Shown here: positions 1 through 53,176 of the stretch, one piece after another | Numbering within the stretch: the stretch's first letter is position 1 | Layout of the letters: every line of letters starts with the position of its first letter | Source of the DNA: Octopus bimaculoides | Taxonomy: Eukaryota | DNA: 64,000 nt | Reading direction: 5' to 3' | NCBI RefSeq assembly: GCF_001194135.2 | Contig: NC_068997.1 | Location: forward strand, 42,224,438-42,288,437 | The notes under the pieces: generated by a model | Database searches by the model: none | Seen by the model: the letters and a program-made list of their open reading frames with translations, nothing else | What the model was told of the DNA's origin: nothing | Program-made: the position numbers and the translations under genes

Positions 1-1384
1 AGGTGTGTATGTGTGTGTGTGTATTATATATATATACTGATATTCTTACCTCTGGTTCTTTTACTAAGTGTAAAATGAAAGAGATAGAAATCTATTACTG
101 GATAGGTGTTAGCTAATCACTGTCCCTTAATGGACTAATATCCATTCTCTCCAGTTAGAAAACTTTGTCAAATTAAATACCTTGCTTGGAAACACTTGCT
201 TATGATGTAAAGTTTACCTACATGATGTCATATGTAAGTCATCATCATCATCATCCGTTTTCCATGCTGGCATGAGTTAGATGGTTTGATAGAAGCTGGC
301 AAAGCCAAGGGTTGCACCAGGTTGCATAGTCTGGTTTGGCATGGTTTCTACTGCTGGATGGCCTTCCTAATGCCAACCATTCTACAGAGTGTACTGGGTG
401 CATTATACTTGACACCATCACCAGCGCTTTTTATGTGATAGATTGTTATTAACATTATTAAAGAAAGTTAGTCTGAGAAAACTAATTATGGTCCTGTGTC
501 CACAAAAATGTGGATAATAAAAATATTATTTTATGAGTTTTAATCAATGTATTTTAATAATATCCTCTTTAATTGTTTTTGTCTTTTTACAAATATCAGA
601 TATTCGTCGTGGTGATGGAAACAGAAATAACATGGGATGATATGAACTTTACACTGATTCAACAAATTGTAACTCCACAGAAATGAAAAGAAAAATGAAT
701 TTGAAATCTTTTAAATGTGCTGGTTTTGTAAATCAACTGTAATAATAATAATAATTAGTATCACTAAATAATTTACTAAATTATTTTATTGAAATACCCC
801 ACTGCCATTCCTTTTCTTTTTTTCTTCCTTTTCCCTGAGTAAATTAATTACTCATAAGACATTATTTTGTATTAATGTTTTATCTGAAATAAAAACTGTA
901 TACAGGACATTTGATTATGTATAAAATTAAATATTTTTTATTTTATTTTATTGTAATTGGTGTCATCATCATCATCATCATCATCATTGTCATGATCATC
1001 ATCATCATGATTGTCATGATGATGATCATCATCATCATTTTACATCTCGTTTGCCCAATGTTTGTGAAGGAAAAGATGAAAATGAAAATTCTGCTAAGGC
1101 TGATCTCAGAACCCTGAACTTCTCAGAAGGAACGGCAAAGGAGCAGGCTGGCTGGTAATATTGCAGTTCTTGGGTTCTGATAGATATATGCACAGCTGGT
1201 CCCTTTGCCCAATTTCCTTCCTTCTCAAGACACCCCTCCACCATCACCTCCTTAACTGCTTTTCTTCCTTGGTGCCACTTTTCTTGCTACCCAGAACCAT
1301 TTCACTCATTATACATCCTTTGTCCATCAATAGTCCCCTCCAAAATCATCTTCATTGATCCCCCTCCCCCACTAGGAGCGAAAG

Positions 1385-1780
1385 TGAGGGCATGTGACCT
1401 AGTGGTTAGGGTGCTGCACTCACATTTGTAAGATCATGGGTTCAATTCCTGGGCAATGCATTGTGTTCTTGAGAAAAACACTTCATTCCACATTGCTCAG
1501 CGACAACTTTGGTATCTTGTGTGTGGCACAGTGTGTACCTGTCCAGGATGTGTTGAATTGATGGAGGGAAGGAGCCAATGTACAGCACAAACATTTGATC
1601 ACTATAAAACTAATCATCTGTGCAGGTTATTCAACATGAAATTGCAGAAGCTTCATCTGTTATCTACAGCAAAGGGAATCCAAACAGAGTTCTCATACAA
1701 TATCCATCTGTGTTACGCCATACAGCAAGATTGGAATAAATTGACTTTTACATGCATGTGCAACAGAGCATTGATGTATT
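1385..1780 (+). mobile_element. Old tRNA-derived SINE
   Basis: GTGACCTAGTGGTTAGGG (A box), GGTTCAATTCC (B box). Confidence 0.55.
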
Positions 1781-2804
1781 GAGAGAGAAGTTGGGCATAA
1801 GAGGAATTATAGGCAGTTAGCAAGAGAGGAGATTGTACTGGTTTGGTCATGTGATGTGGATGGATGAAAACCGTTGCATAAAGATGTACTGATTACTTAA
1901 AGTGGCGGGAAGTTGCAGAAGAAGGAGACATGAGGCAAGGTATTGAAAAACCAATCTCAAAATGCTGAACCTTATGAAGGAGATGACAGAGGACTGAGAT
2001 ATGCAGCACATTGCTGTACTCAAGAAGACCTACCCACAACAACAGAATTGAGATTCTAAAACCAAGGTGCCATGTCAAAAGCATTGGTGTGGATGTTGGT
2101 GTCACATATAAAAGCACTGATGATGGTGCCATGTAAAAATCAGCCAGTACACTCTATAGAGTGATTGACATTAGGAAAGGAATCAAGCTGATGCCAACAT
2201 AGACTAAGGAACTTGGTGTGGCCCCTAGCCTTGCCAGTTCCTGTCAAGCCATCCAACTCATGCCAGCATGGAAGATGGGCCTTAGCTGTTGATAATGATG
2301 ATGATGGATTAAATGAAGTGCTTTGAAATGAGAAATAACTGTAAACATCAAGAAATACATCATCATTCATTGTCACCATTGTCGGTTTAACATCCACATT
2401 CCACACTTGCATCAGCAAGACAGAATTTGTTTAGGCAGATTTTCTACAGCCTGATGCCCTTCTTGTGGCCATTCTTCACTTATTCCTAAACACAGTAATA
2501 TTTCCCCAGTCAAACATGTTTTTACACAAAAGATTGGAAATTAACAACACTGCTTGTATGATGATGATGATTGCTTAGAACCTTTATGTCAAAACAAGGG
2601 TACACACACACATGCATACATATATACATATTCATTTGCACATACTATATAGGCATGGTTGTGTGGTAAGAAGCTTGCTTCCCAATCACATGGTTCTGGG
2701 TTCAGTCCCACTGGGCACCTTGGGCCAAGTGTCATCTACTATAGCCTCAGGCTGACCAAAGCCTTGTGAGTGGATTTGATAGATTGAAGCTGAAAGAATT
2801 CCAT

Positions 2805-2864
<60 letters not shown>

Positions 2865-3174
2865 TTTTATCGAAAGTTGATCTCCATTGAACATCAGTAT
2901 TATTAGTTCTATTTGTTAATATTCCCTCACACCAGGGCTACAAGCTGGCAGAATTGTTAGCACACCAGACAAAATGCTTTGTGGCATTTCGTCCATCATT
3001 GTGTTCTAAGTTCAAATTCTGCCATGATCAACTTTGCTTTCATCCTTCTGTGGTCAATAAAATAAGAACCAGTTGAACACTGGGGTAGATGTAATCATCT
3101 TAACCCCACCCTGAAATTTTTGATCCTGTACCAAAATTTGAAACCAATATTCCCTCACACTGCAATAATGCTGT

Positions 3175-3760
3175 TAGTTCAAGACGAATTTGATGACAAG
3201 ATGTGGAATATAGAATTGGAGCTGCACATGGGGCATTTGGAAAGTTAGCCAAATGCATCCTCAACAACAAAGATCTTAACAATGTAAAGTATGGTTTATA
3301 ATACTCTTGTCATTTCAGCCTTGCTATATGGCTGCAAAATCTGGCATCTATATTGTGACATTGAAAAATTAGAACACTTAAGCTTCATTCAATCTTGAGC
3401 ATCAAATGGGGACACTATGTGACCAACAACAAAGTTCTGGAAAGAGTCAACAGTCAAAGTATTGAATCGCTGATCATGAAACACCATCTTCCCTGGTCAG
3501 GACATGTAACAAGAATGGAAGAGTCAAGGTTTCCATGCCAAGTCTTATTCAGTGAGCTCATTTCAGGATGAAGACCAAGGGGTTTCCCTCTTCAAAGATA
3601 CAAAGACCAACTCAAAGCAACACTGAAGCAAAATCTTCAAAGCTGCCAGAAGAGAAAAGGAAGAAATCAAACGACAGGAGAGAATGGATCAACAAAATCA
3701 ACCTTGTCCTCCACCAACATAGCGTAACGTCAATGCCATCACGTTACGTATTACAGTGCA
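3175..3760 (+). mobile_element. RTE-clade LINE 3' fragment
   Basis: ALLYGCKIW, ILSIKWGHYVTNNKVLERV, PWSGHVTRMEE, LFSEL motifs, decayed. Confidence 0.75.
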
Positions 3761-4682
3761 TGATACCATGAAAAGCTGATATATAAGGGAAACAACTCTC
3801 TTTATCACTGAACCAAAGATTGAAGAATAATTTTTTTGAGTTGGATTTCATTATTAGCCACAGAGACTAGGAAACAGCTTGCTAGCTAAGTGCAGTTAGT
3901 TCAGAAAAAAAAAAAACGCTGAACAAAAATGGTATTTCCACATTTTTTTGAATCGTTTAAGAAGCATTAGCTGGACGATTTAAAATCTGGTGCTATCTTA
4001 CCTTTTAATGGAGATAAAATCCTGTTGCATTAGAACAATCCCATTTAGCTTAAAGTATTATATATTGGTAATGGTTCATTTAGATTTATTATGGTTGGAT
4101 GCTCTTCCTGTTGGCAACACTTCTTTGTTTTCCAAGTAAAGTATTTTTTATTCCACTGGTCTTCACACATCTAAACCAACAAAGTCACCAAACTACAGGA
4201 CAATTATTTAAATAAGCATCATGAATTTTTTCAAATGATGACAATGTGAAGTCTCACAAAAACAAAACACACACACACACACACATGAACATAATATATG
4301 ATATAACTTAGCAGTTTGGCAAAAGAGACCAATAGAATAAGTACTAGGTTTACAAAGAATAAGTCCAGGGGTCGATTTGTTCAACTAAAGGCAGTGCTCC
4401 AGCATGGCCTCTGTCAAATGACTGAAACAAGTAGAAGAATAAAAGAATTCTCTTGAAAGATTTTAAAATGCTTATAATGCTTGTAACATTTAAAACAAAA
4501 TTTTCTTCTTGAATGAGTTGACTGACCAGAGTTCCAATTGACGAAAATTAGATTTAAGTAATGCGATATGGGGAGGAGACAGTCTGATATTTGACTGACA
4601 TGGTGACAAATCCTGACTTGTTTCACTCATATTAGACTCCTCAACAGAGACAGAGAAATATTTGGGAAATAATATATATTCT

Positions 4683-5001
4683 CACTTAAACATGGACGTT
4701 CTATCAGAACAAGCCATAGATACCATGGGAGAAACTCTCATATTGGTTTTTGGTGCAAAATGCACTCTTGTTTATATTGCTAGCAGTGAGGTAGATCCCT
4801 ATAACCTCCAGTGGGAATTTATCTGTGCCTGTTCTGGCACTGTCAACAGAAGCACTGGAAGTAGTGGGGATTTATCTCTCCACCGGTGATATAAGTGATA
4901 TAAACAAGAGAGCATTTTGTACCGAAAAGCCAATGTGAGAGTTTTTTTCATGGTAACTACCACAGTATAGTCTGTTCTAAGAGAACATCCAAATTTAAGT
5001 G
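4683..5001. mobile_element. Fold-back MITE-like element
   Basis: About 110-130-bp imperfect inverted arms (CACTTAAA...TTTAAGTG; inner TTTTGGTGCAAAATGCACTCTTGTTTATAT versus its complement). Confidence 0.65.
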
Positions 5002-5799
5002 GTGATACATATTAGCTTTCAGTACTAAAACTGCCTTTGTTGCTAAAATATATAGAGAAATAAACATTCTGGCACTTGTGCTGGTGGCATGTGAACAAAA
5101 GATTGGACTGACTCCTGTACAGGTTGCACATAAAAAACACCATTTGAACGTGGCCGTTGCCAGTACTGCCGGACTGCAACCTCGTGCCAGCGGCATGTAA
5201 AAAGCACCCACTACACTCTCGGAGTGGTTGGCATTAGGAAGGGCATCCAGCTGTAGAAACTCTGCCAGATCAGATTGGAGTCTGGTGTAGCCATCTGGTT
5301 CGCCAGTCCCCAGTCAAATCGTCCAACCCATGCTAGCATGGAAAGCAGACGTTAAATGATGATGATGATGATGATGATGATAGAGATTATACATAGGTTG
5401 GTACAACAAAACAGCATAAAGCTTCTGAGAAATAACTGAGGGATATCATCTGCATGGCAAATAAATTAATGAAGAAAATGTTAACATACCTAATATAACG
5501 AGCATTTAGCTGGCAGAATTGTTAGCACACCAGACAAAGTTCTTAGTGATATTTCGTCCATCTTTACATTCTAAGTTCAAATTCCACTGAGGTCGACTTT
5601 GCCTTTCATTCTTTTGGGATTGATAAAGTACGAGTTGAACATTGGGGGTGATATAAACGACTTCCCTACTCCAGAACATTGCTGGCCTTGTGCCAAAATA
5701 AGAAAAGAATGTTGATATTAATTAATCAAAACAATAAAAGTATTAAGGTGAGATAAATTTTGTTGGCCAGTGCTTAAAAGAAAGTATATTACCCAGGGA

Positions 5800-6620
5800 C
5801 GCAGAATACCTGAGGCAGAACATGAACTCATTGTTATTTCTAAAATGTATATACTAAGAAAAGGGCATCTATGATACCTCATCCAACTACAAAACTAAAC
5901 TGTTTCTTATCAAACCAAATCTTGTCCTTCTTACATAGTACTTTCTGCTGCTTTACTAACTTGGTCAATTTGATACCCCTGTAGTTGTTCCTTTGTAAAG
6001 CAACCCTTTAAACTCTTGTAGCAGTTAACAATGGTACTGCTTACTAGTTTTGGGGAATGACAACTCCTTGTTCTACCAAATTGACTTTGTGAGTGAATGA
6101 CTAGCATATGTCCTTCTTCCCAAATATTTTTGGTCCAATTCTTTCTTTGCTTTCATGTCTTTGATAGCTATTTTGATAAGGAAGTTGTCAACTTCAACAG
6201 CTGGTCCCTCTGTTGAATCTACATAAAATAATCCCTCTCTCTCTTTCTGTCTGTCTGTCTCTCTTTCTCTCTCTCTCTCCAATGCACTCTCCTCAGTCAG
6301 TAACCTCTCATAGTAGTATTTATATGCATCTTTACTTTTAGCATCAGTGAGAGGAGCGAGTGCACCTCTATCATTCCATACACATATAAATACACCAACA
6401 ATATCTTGATTCTCTTCTTTGGAATGTTGTTTTGCTTCATATACCCGTGATCCTTACATTACAGAACATGTGCAAATCTTTGACTTTTAGCTTCTATCTT
6501 TGCTCAGTATACTTCATGTCTATCAAGTTACTTGATATCATTCTTTGCTCCACATCTTACTTCCAAGTTTTTTTCTAGGCTTATCTTTTTAGCTTTTAAA
6601 TCTTTTACCTGTCTATGTTA
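5800..6620 (-). mobile_element. LINE (RTE-like) reverse-transcriptase fragment
   Basis: YYERLL, EGPAVEVD..IAIKDMK, STIVNCYK...QIDQVSK motifs in shifting frames. Confidence 0.65.
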
Positions 6621-8582
6621 AATGTTAAAATATCTGAAGTAAGCTTAATATTCAAATTAATTAATGTTTTTTAGCTTTACCATAATCTTGAGAATGTATA
6701 CGTGCAATATTTAAATTTACTCTACATTTCTATCAGTTTCATCTTTGGTTATCTTCAGGTGTTTTATTTATGAATAAACAGAAGATTCCAGACTGGATTT
6801 CAACAAGTTCCAATCCAGGACCATATACATATCCAGAAAGAAAACCACAAATCCAATCATTTGAAACATAATACAGAAGTAAATGTTGTAAATATACATT
6901 CTAAAGACAGAAAATTGTAACTCTTGTAATTTGCATATAATAATGTTGTTGTTTTTGCTAGAGACAAAACTAATTTTCACAGGGAAGATGTGCAGCCATC
7001 TGATTCATCCACAGTATATTACTGGTACATATATGAGCCTTTTTGTGGTCGTTCGACCTGCTAGAAATAGCAACCAAATTCTCAACTCAAACTACCATCT
7101 TAAATAAAGTAAAGACACAATGTCTAAAATACAGTTATACAATATCTTAATTGAAGATTGGATGGGCATTGCTAGAATGTCTTTGATGAAAGATTCAGCT
7201 CAATCACAACTGACATGGAGCTTCACAATAATTGATGCATATTTCACTGAATTCAGTTGGATTTTAATTCAAATTATGAAGAGACAAACCAAGATATCAT
7301 AAGAGATATGTAGTGAAACCTCTCTCTCGGGCATTCAATCACAAATGATAACGAAGCGGCTAACATCTAGCCTTCGGCTGCCTTGGACCTTTCTGTCCAC
7401 CATCCTGATTGGTTTTTATTTGCGCGGCAATTGTCCCCATGTTCTGCTTGCTAAGGGTGCATTACGTCCAATCGTGGCCTTCAGATAAGGTCACATGAGA
7501 GTATGAACTTCTTTCATTCTCAATCAATATATATCTATAATAACATAAATACTTTGAAATTAAAAACATGTCTCTTATTAGCAGCACAGTTTTCCAAAAC
7601 TAACATTTATTTATTTTAATTTTCAGAGGACTTTTCCAGGATGTAAGGCTAACAGATTGTGTTGTAACCATTTATGGTCAATATTTGGTAACCACAAAAG
7701 ATTTTGCCCAAATACCAAGCTATAAACTACTTTATATATTCAAGTTAATTTAATGTAGTTAACACTAAAAAACTATTATATAAAAATGCATCACTGCATA
7801 ATTATTTTTAAATAGCATTCTAATACTCACAGTATTAAATATTGCTATTGTTTTTAATGCCGCCACATTAAGTATTTTTATTATTGTTATTTTTTTTTAC
7901 AGATGTCATCTAAGTAATTAATATCAGTGATTCATTAAAAAAAATTTTTTTTTGTCAACTGGGAGGAGGTGTGATGCTGGAATAGAGTGGTTTGAAGCCA
8001 AATGCAGGAGACTGCATGAAGAGAGGAGGTGACCTCATCAAAAACCCACTGCAGCAGTTGTTCAGGATCTGTATATCTTATATTGGTTTGTCAGCCACAT
8101 TGTCGCCCATGAGAAGCAATGTACTAGAGGAGGAGGAGGAGGAGGATGAATGTCTTGAATCAAAACTGTCATCACCATTGATGGGCTGTCATAGGCGTTA
8201 TTTTTAAAACACAAAAGCAGTGAGCTGGCAGGATTGTTAGTGCAGCAGACAAAATGCTTAATGGCATTTCTTCCAGCTCTTTCTCCTTACACACTGCGCC
8301 CAAATTCCACCTAGGTCAGTTTTGCCTTTCATCCTTTCAAGGTCAATAAAATAATGTATCAGTCAAGGACTAGGGTCAATGTAGATGTCTTGCTCCCCTC
8401 CTTTCAAAATTGCTTGCCTTGAGCTAAAATTAAGAACTGTTATTTTTCAAAATACATTTGCTTCACATACATCAGCACTGGCACAACTGTTTGGTTAAGA
8501 AGCTCACTTTGCAACCGTGTGGTCTTGAGTTCAGTCCTACTGCATGGCACCTTAGATAAGAATCTTCTACTTGTGTAGAAGT

Positions 8583-8628
<46 letters not shown>

Positions 8629-9236
8629 NNNNNNNNNNNNNNNNNNNNNNNNNNNNNNNNNNNNNNNNNNNNNNNNNNNNNNNNNNNNNNNNNNNNNNNN
8701 NNNNNNNNNNNNNNNNNNNNNNNNNNNNNNNNNNNNNNNNNNNNNNNNNNNNNNNNNNNNNNNNNNNNNNNNNNNNNNNNNNNNNNNNNNNNNNNNNNNN
8801 NNNNNNNNNNNNNNNNNNNNNNNNNNNNNNNNNNNNNNNNNNNNNNNNNNNNNNNNNNNNNNNNNNNNNNNNNNNNNNNNNNNNNNNNNNNNNNNNNNNN
8901 NNNNNNNNNNNNNNNNNNNNNNNNNNNNNNNNNNNNNNNNNNNNNNNNNNNNNNNNNNNNNNNNNNNNNNNNNNNNNNNNNNNNNNNNNNNNNNNNNNNN
9001 NNNNNNNNNNNNNNNNNNNNNNNNNNNNNNNNNNNNNNNNNNNNNNNNNNNNNNNNNNNNNNNNNNNNNNNNNNNNNNNNNNNNNNNNNNNNNNNNNNNN
9101 NNNNNNNNNNNNNNNNNNNNNNNNNNNNNNNNNNNNNNNNNNNNNNNNNNNNNNNNNNNNNNNNNNNNNNNNNNNNNNNNNNNNNNNNNNNNNNNNNNNN
9201 NNNNNNNNNNNNNNNNNNNNNNNNNNNNNNNNNNNN
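8629..9236. other. Assembly gap (N); further gaps at about 13886-14054, 24134-24868, 58977-59974 and 62980-63504
   Basis: Runs of N, mostly next to microsatellites; long X-containing ORFs in the track are artefacts of these. Confidence 1.
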
Positions 9237-9365
9237 TATTCTTTGTAAGCCTAGTACTTATTCTATCAGACTCTTTTGCTGAACCGCTAAGTTACGGGGA
9301 TGTAAACACACCAGCATCGGTTGTCAAGCGATGTTGTGGGGACAAACACAGACACACAAACATAT

Positions 9366-9404
<39 letters not shown>

Positions 9405-10988
9405 CATATATACGACGGGCTTCTTTCAGTTTTCCGTCTACCAAATCCACTCACAAGGCTTTGGTCGGCCCGAGGCTATAGTAGAAGACACTTGCCCAAG
9501 GTGCCACGCAGTGGGAATGAACCCAGAACCATGTGGTCGGTAAGCAAGCTACTTACCACACAGCCACTCCTTACATAGCAACTGCCTAGCTAGTAATATT
9601 CATTAGTTGTTTATTGTTCATGAGATGAATTCAACATACTCTAATATTTGACTTTCTTCAAAGAGTTGTTACACAACTAGACTGTGTAATGGCATTTCCA
9701 GTTATCTGCTGACTTTGCAACTAACTTGACTGTTTAAAAGAAAAGCAACACTAATTTGAGTTAACAAAGGTTACTATATTTATTTGTGTATAATACATGT
9801 TTCTTATTTTAGATTTATAACTTTAGAATTCAGGGTTTGGTACTATACACAACTAAATGGTACCAGTTTTTCTGACCATTTTTTTATCTTTTATTTTTTT
9901 ACTTGTTTCAGCCATTTGACTTGAGCCATGCTGCAGCACCAACTCAAAGGAGTTTAGACAAACAATTCAAGCCCAGGACCTTTTTTTTTAAGCCTAATAC
10001 TTATTTCATTGGTTTCATTTGCTAGGGACATATACACATCAACACCAGTTGTCAAGCAGTGGTGGTACTGGGGGTGGCATAGGGTGCAAGCACAAAAACA
10101 CATATATATTCTTTTACTTGTTTCAGTCATTTGATTGCAGGCCATGCTGGGGTACCACCTTTAGTCGAGCAGGATTTATTCTTTGTAAACCTAGTACTTA
10201 TTCTATCAGTCTCTTTTGCCAAGGTACCAGCATCGGTTGTCAAGTGATGTTGGGGGACAAACACAGACACACAAACATATACACACACTATCACTCTTTA
10301 TTTTAAATGTATTTCAAGGTAATAAAATCAAAAATAGTAAAGTCATCATCAATTTACTTCCTGGTATAGCTTGAACAAGTGATTGCAGTTCAAGTGAGCA
10401 CTTAAGCAGAGTTATTCCCCTCCAAATCAAATAAAAAAAAACGGTCGTTTCACTCACATTCCATTGTGGCGTGGTTCTTAAGTTAGATATCCTTCTTAAA
10501 ACCAACACTTAACAGTGACAAGAATTAATTTTCTCATTCTTGTTTGTTTTTACCCCCATTTTCTATGCTAGTCTACATAGAAAATTTTTTGTTGGAATAC
10601 TTTTGTAGTCAAATATTCTCAACTGTAAAGAAGTAGCATCTGTTTTATCAAATATTAAACAGAGCTGTGTGCTGGATTCAGGAGCAGAAATACAATGATT
10701 TGTACTCATAACTGCATGGTAAGAATGTACAGAATCCGCATGGGCTCCTTTCTTTGAGAAAGGACTCAGAGTAAACAGAATCAGAATGAATTCTCATAGT
10801 CATGTGTTGCTTAACCCCAGGACAGTCCTGCTCAACCAGATCTATGATCAACAAGTCTCATTGCAACCATCTCACCTTTTTGTTGCAGCATCTACATTGT
10901 GTAATGTGTATTATTTTTTGAAGATGGCACAGTGTGATTTGAGTGAGATTTGGCCACTATTTTTGTTAGGTTGAGTGATGATGTAGAG

Positions 10989-11214
10989 CAGAGGTTCTCA
11001 ACAAGAGTCCTTATAAGATTTTGTTAAAATTTATGTGCAATAAATTGGTTATACTTCAATACACAAAATATTTCAACAATTTTTTGATACAATTCTTAAT
11101 AATATTTAATAAAATATAATGAGGCTTTTTAAAACATGGAATGGTTATGAGAGTCCATTCAAGTAAAATAGGAATCAAAGGGGTTCATAGGCAAAAAACG
11201 GTTGAGAAACACTG
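10989..11214. mobile_element. hAT-type MITE (second family)
   Basis: TIR CAG(A/T)G(G/T)TTCTCAAC; degenerate TSD ATGTAGAG/ACGTAGAT. Confidence 0.7.
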
Positions 11215-11410
11215 ACGTAGATAGCGGTTCCCTCATTTACTTACATTCATATATAGTTTTACTGTGAAATTAAGACCACCGCAAAGACCTCTGTGGTAGT
11301 TTCCAATGAGGATTGAACTGACTGACTGGCTTGTTATTTAATAACTCAATAAGATTAGACATTGGTAAAATTCACAAGTCACAGTCAAATTTGCTTTGTT
11401 TCATTTAGGA

Positions 11411-11678
11411 CAGGGGTTTACAAACTGTGGTCCGTGGACCACAGGGGGTCCGCAAGGACAAGACAGTGGACAGCAAATACTTTTTATGGGCAATTTGATT
11501 TTATATATGTTTTTTAATCGAAATCTTTTAATTGACAATAAACCTATTTGTTAAATAGTTAAATAAATAAATGTAAAAATATGTTATTTTAAGCAAATAT
11601 TTATGTATAAATTTCATAAGCGTTTATAAAGCCTAAAATATAAAGGGGTCCGCAAGTCAAAAAGTTTGAAAACCCCTG
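11411..11678. mobile_element. hAT-type MITE
   Basis: TIR CAGGGGTTT(A/T)CAAAC; perfect 8-bp TSD ATTTAGGA. Confidence 0.9.
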
Positions 11679-12711
11679 ATTTAGGATACTTTAATTTTCT
11701 CAATGTATTTTATATGAGTAAATGTAATAAACCTGACTAAACACACTTTTTTTCCATATATTCTGATACTAAAGAAATGGTCAAAGTGGCCTCTAAATTT
11801 TAGAAGTCAATCATCATTTTAACATCTAGTTTTCCATACATGCCTGAATCAGATTTTATTGAGAAAGATTTTCTACAACCAGATACCTTTCCTGTTACCA
11901 ACCTTTACCTGTTTCCAATTAAGGCAATATATCATCATCAACATCCATTTTCCATGCTGGCAAGGAGTGGACAGATTGACAGGAACTGGCAAGGCCAGGG
12001 GCCACACCAGATTCCATAGTCTGTTTTGGTTTGGTTTCTACAACTAGATGCCCTTCCTAACACCTACCACTTTACAGAGTGTGCTGGATGCTTTTCTACA
12101 TGGCACCAGCACCCACGCCAATGCTTTTGACGTGACACCTTGATTTTAGGATCTCAATTCTGTTGTGAGTGGGTCTTCTTGGGTACAGCAATGTGCCACA
12201 TATCTCTGTCATCTTTCTAAGGCTCATTGTTTTGAGATTAGCCATCAATACTTTGTTCCATATGACAGGCTTCTTTCAGTTTCCACTGACCAAATCTACT
12301 CACAAAGCTTTGGTCAGCTCAGGGCTATAATAGAAGACACTTGCCCAAGGTGTCACACAGTAAGACTGAACCTGGAACCATGCAGTTGGAAAGCAAGCTT
12401 CTTAACCACAGAGTCATGCTTGCAATTGTGCACAAAAGTCTCATGTAATTTTCTTCTGTAACAAATATGCAGATTGAATGTTTAAGAAATATATTTATAA
12501 CTTACTACATTGTTTTAGGTAATTGTTAGTGAACTCATTAATCAGCTGCTAGTATATTTGGAATCACCATCCCGAATATCCCTAAGAACAGGTTTAACTT
12601 GCAAAATAGAAGTTTTTTCTTTATATTTTCTTTTTATTATTTTCTTTGGCCAGTTTTATATAGAAGTACAGTAAAGAAGGATATTAAACACAGACAACTT
12701 GAAATACAGAT

Positions 12712-12717
12712 TTTATT
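12712..12717 (-). terminator. Candidate polyadenylation signal AATAAA for FIH (3' UTR about 470 nt)
   Basis: tttatt on the plus strand, about 470 nt downstream of the stop codon; other hexamers occur further on. Confidence 0.35.
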
Positions 12718-12915
12718 GCTGAAAGAACAAGTTAGAAATATGTCTCTGATTTCAGGCATAAGATAAAATCTTTGTGTGTGTGTGTGTGAGTGTATGTACA
12801 TCTTAACATGTATATTATTATATACCAGTTTGTGCTATTGCATTAACCAAGGTCAGAGCCAATATTGGTTACATACACACATATATGTACACAGATAAAT
12901 ACAAATATTTATATG

Positions 12916-12949
<34 letters not shown>

Positions 12950-13179
12950 AAACATATGTACATACTTATATACACATATATATGACACATTTATACTCAT
13001 ATACATATATATTTTAAACAATATAGTATGATGAATCCAAAATGTTGATATTGGAGTGCAAACCAGTTCTGAAGTTAACAGTCAGACAAGATATTTGCAT
13101 ATTAAATAGCATTCATTCAAAATTCCAGTCCTCCTGTTTTGAATGATTCTTGGGTTTCATTTCTTCTTGGTTAGTCAGG

Positions 13180-52884
<39,705 letters not shown>

Positions 52885-53160
52885 CGTTTCGAATATAATT
52901 AGAATAAAGCCGTAACTGCTTTCTCACTCAGCCGACCACAGCACGATTTCCACATAGAAAGACACTTGAAAACAACAACAAAAACAAGAGAAAGAAGGAG
53001 AAGCAGTAAGAGGGGGTAAATCAGACTTGAAGTAGCAGCAGGAGCGGATGGGAAAAGAACCAGCCTCGGTTTCATTGTTATTCCGTCACAGCACTCTAAG
53101 TGTAAACACAACTTCTAAATGACAAAAAAAATCTGGGGTTCTACACAGATTCATGAATGA

Positions 53161-53176
53161 ACGTGCCCTTCACGTA
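53161..53176. promoter_or_regulatory. Paired inverted HRE cores ACGTG-N5-CACGTA about 280 bp upstream of the FIH ATG
   Basis: Motif read directly; function inferred. Confidence 0.35.

Noticed and set aside
6073-6282. ORF DSTEGPAVEVD... as a host terminal exon
   Set aside because: It matches LINE RT motifs continuing in neighbouring frames, so it is part of the 5800-6620 relic.
8571-9248. Long ORFs across N runs (also at about 13.8, 24.1, 58.7-60.0 and 62.8-63.6 kb)
   Set aside because: Artefacts of gaps and dinucleotide microsatellites.
13029-13073. C/D-box snoRNA-like ATGATGA...CTGA
   Set aside because: Only about 45 nt, antisense within the FIH 3' UTR, with no terminal stem or evident guide; likely chance.
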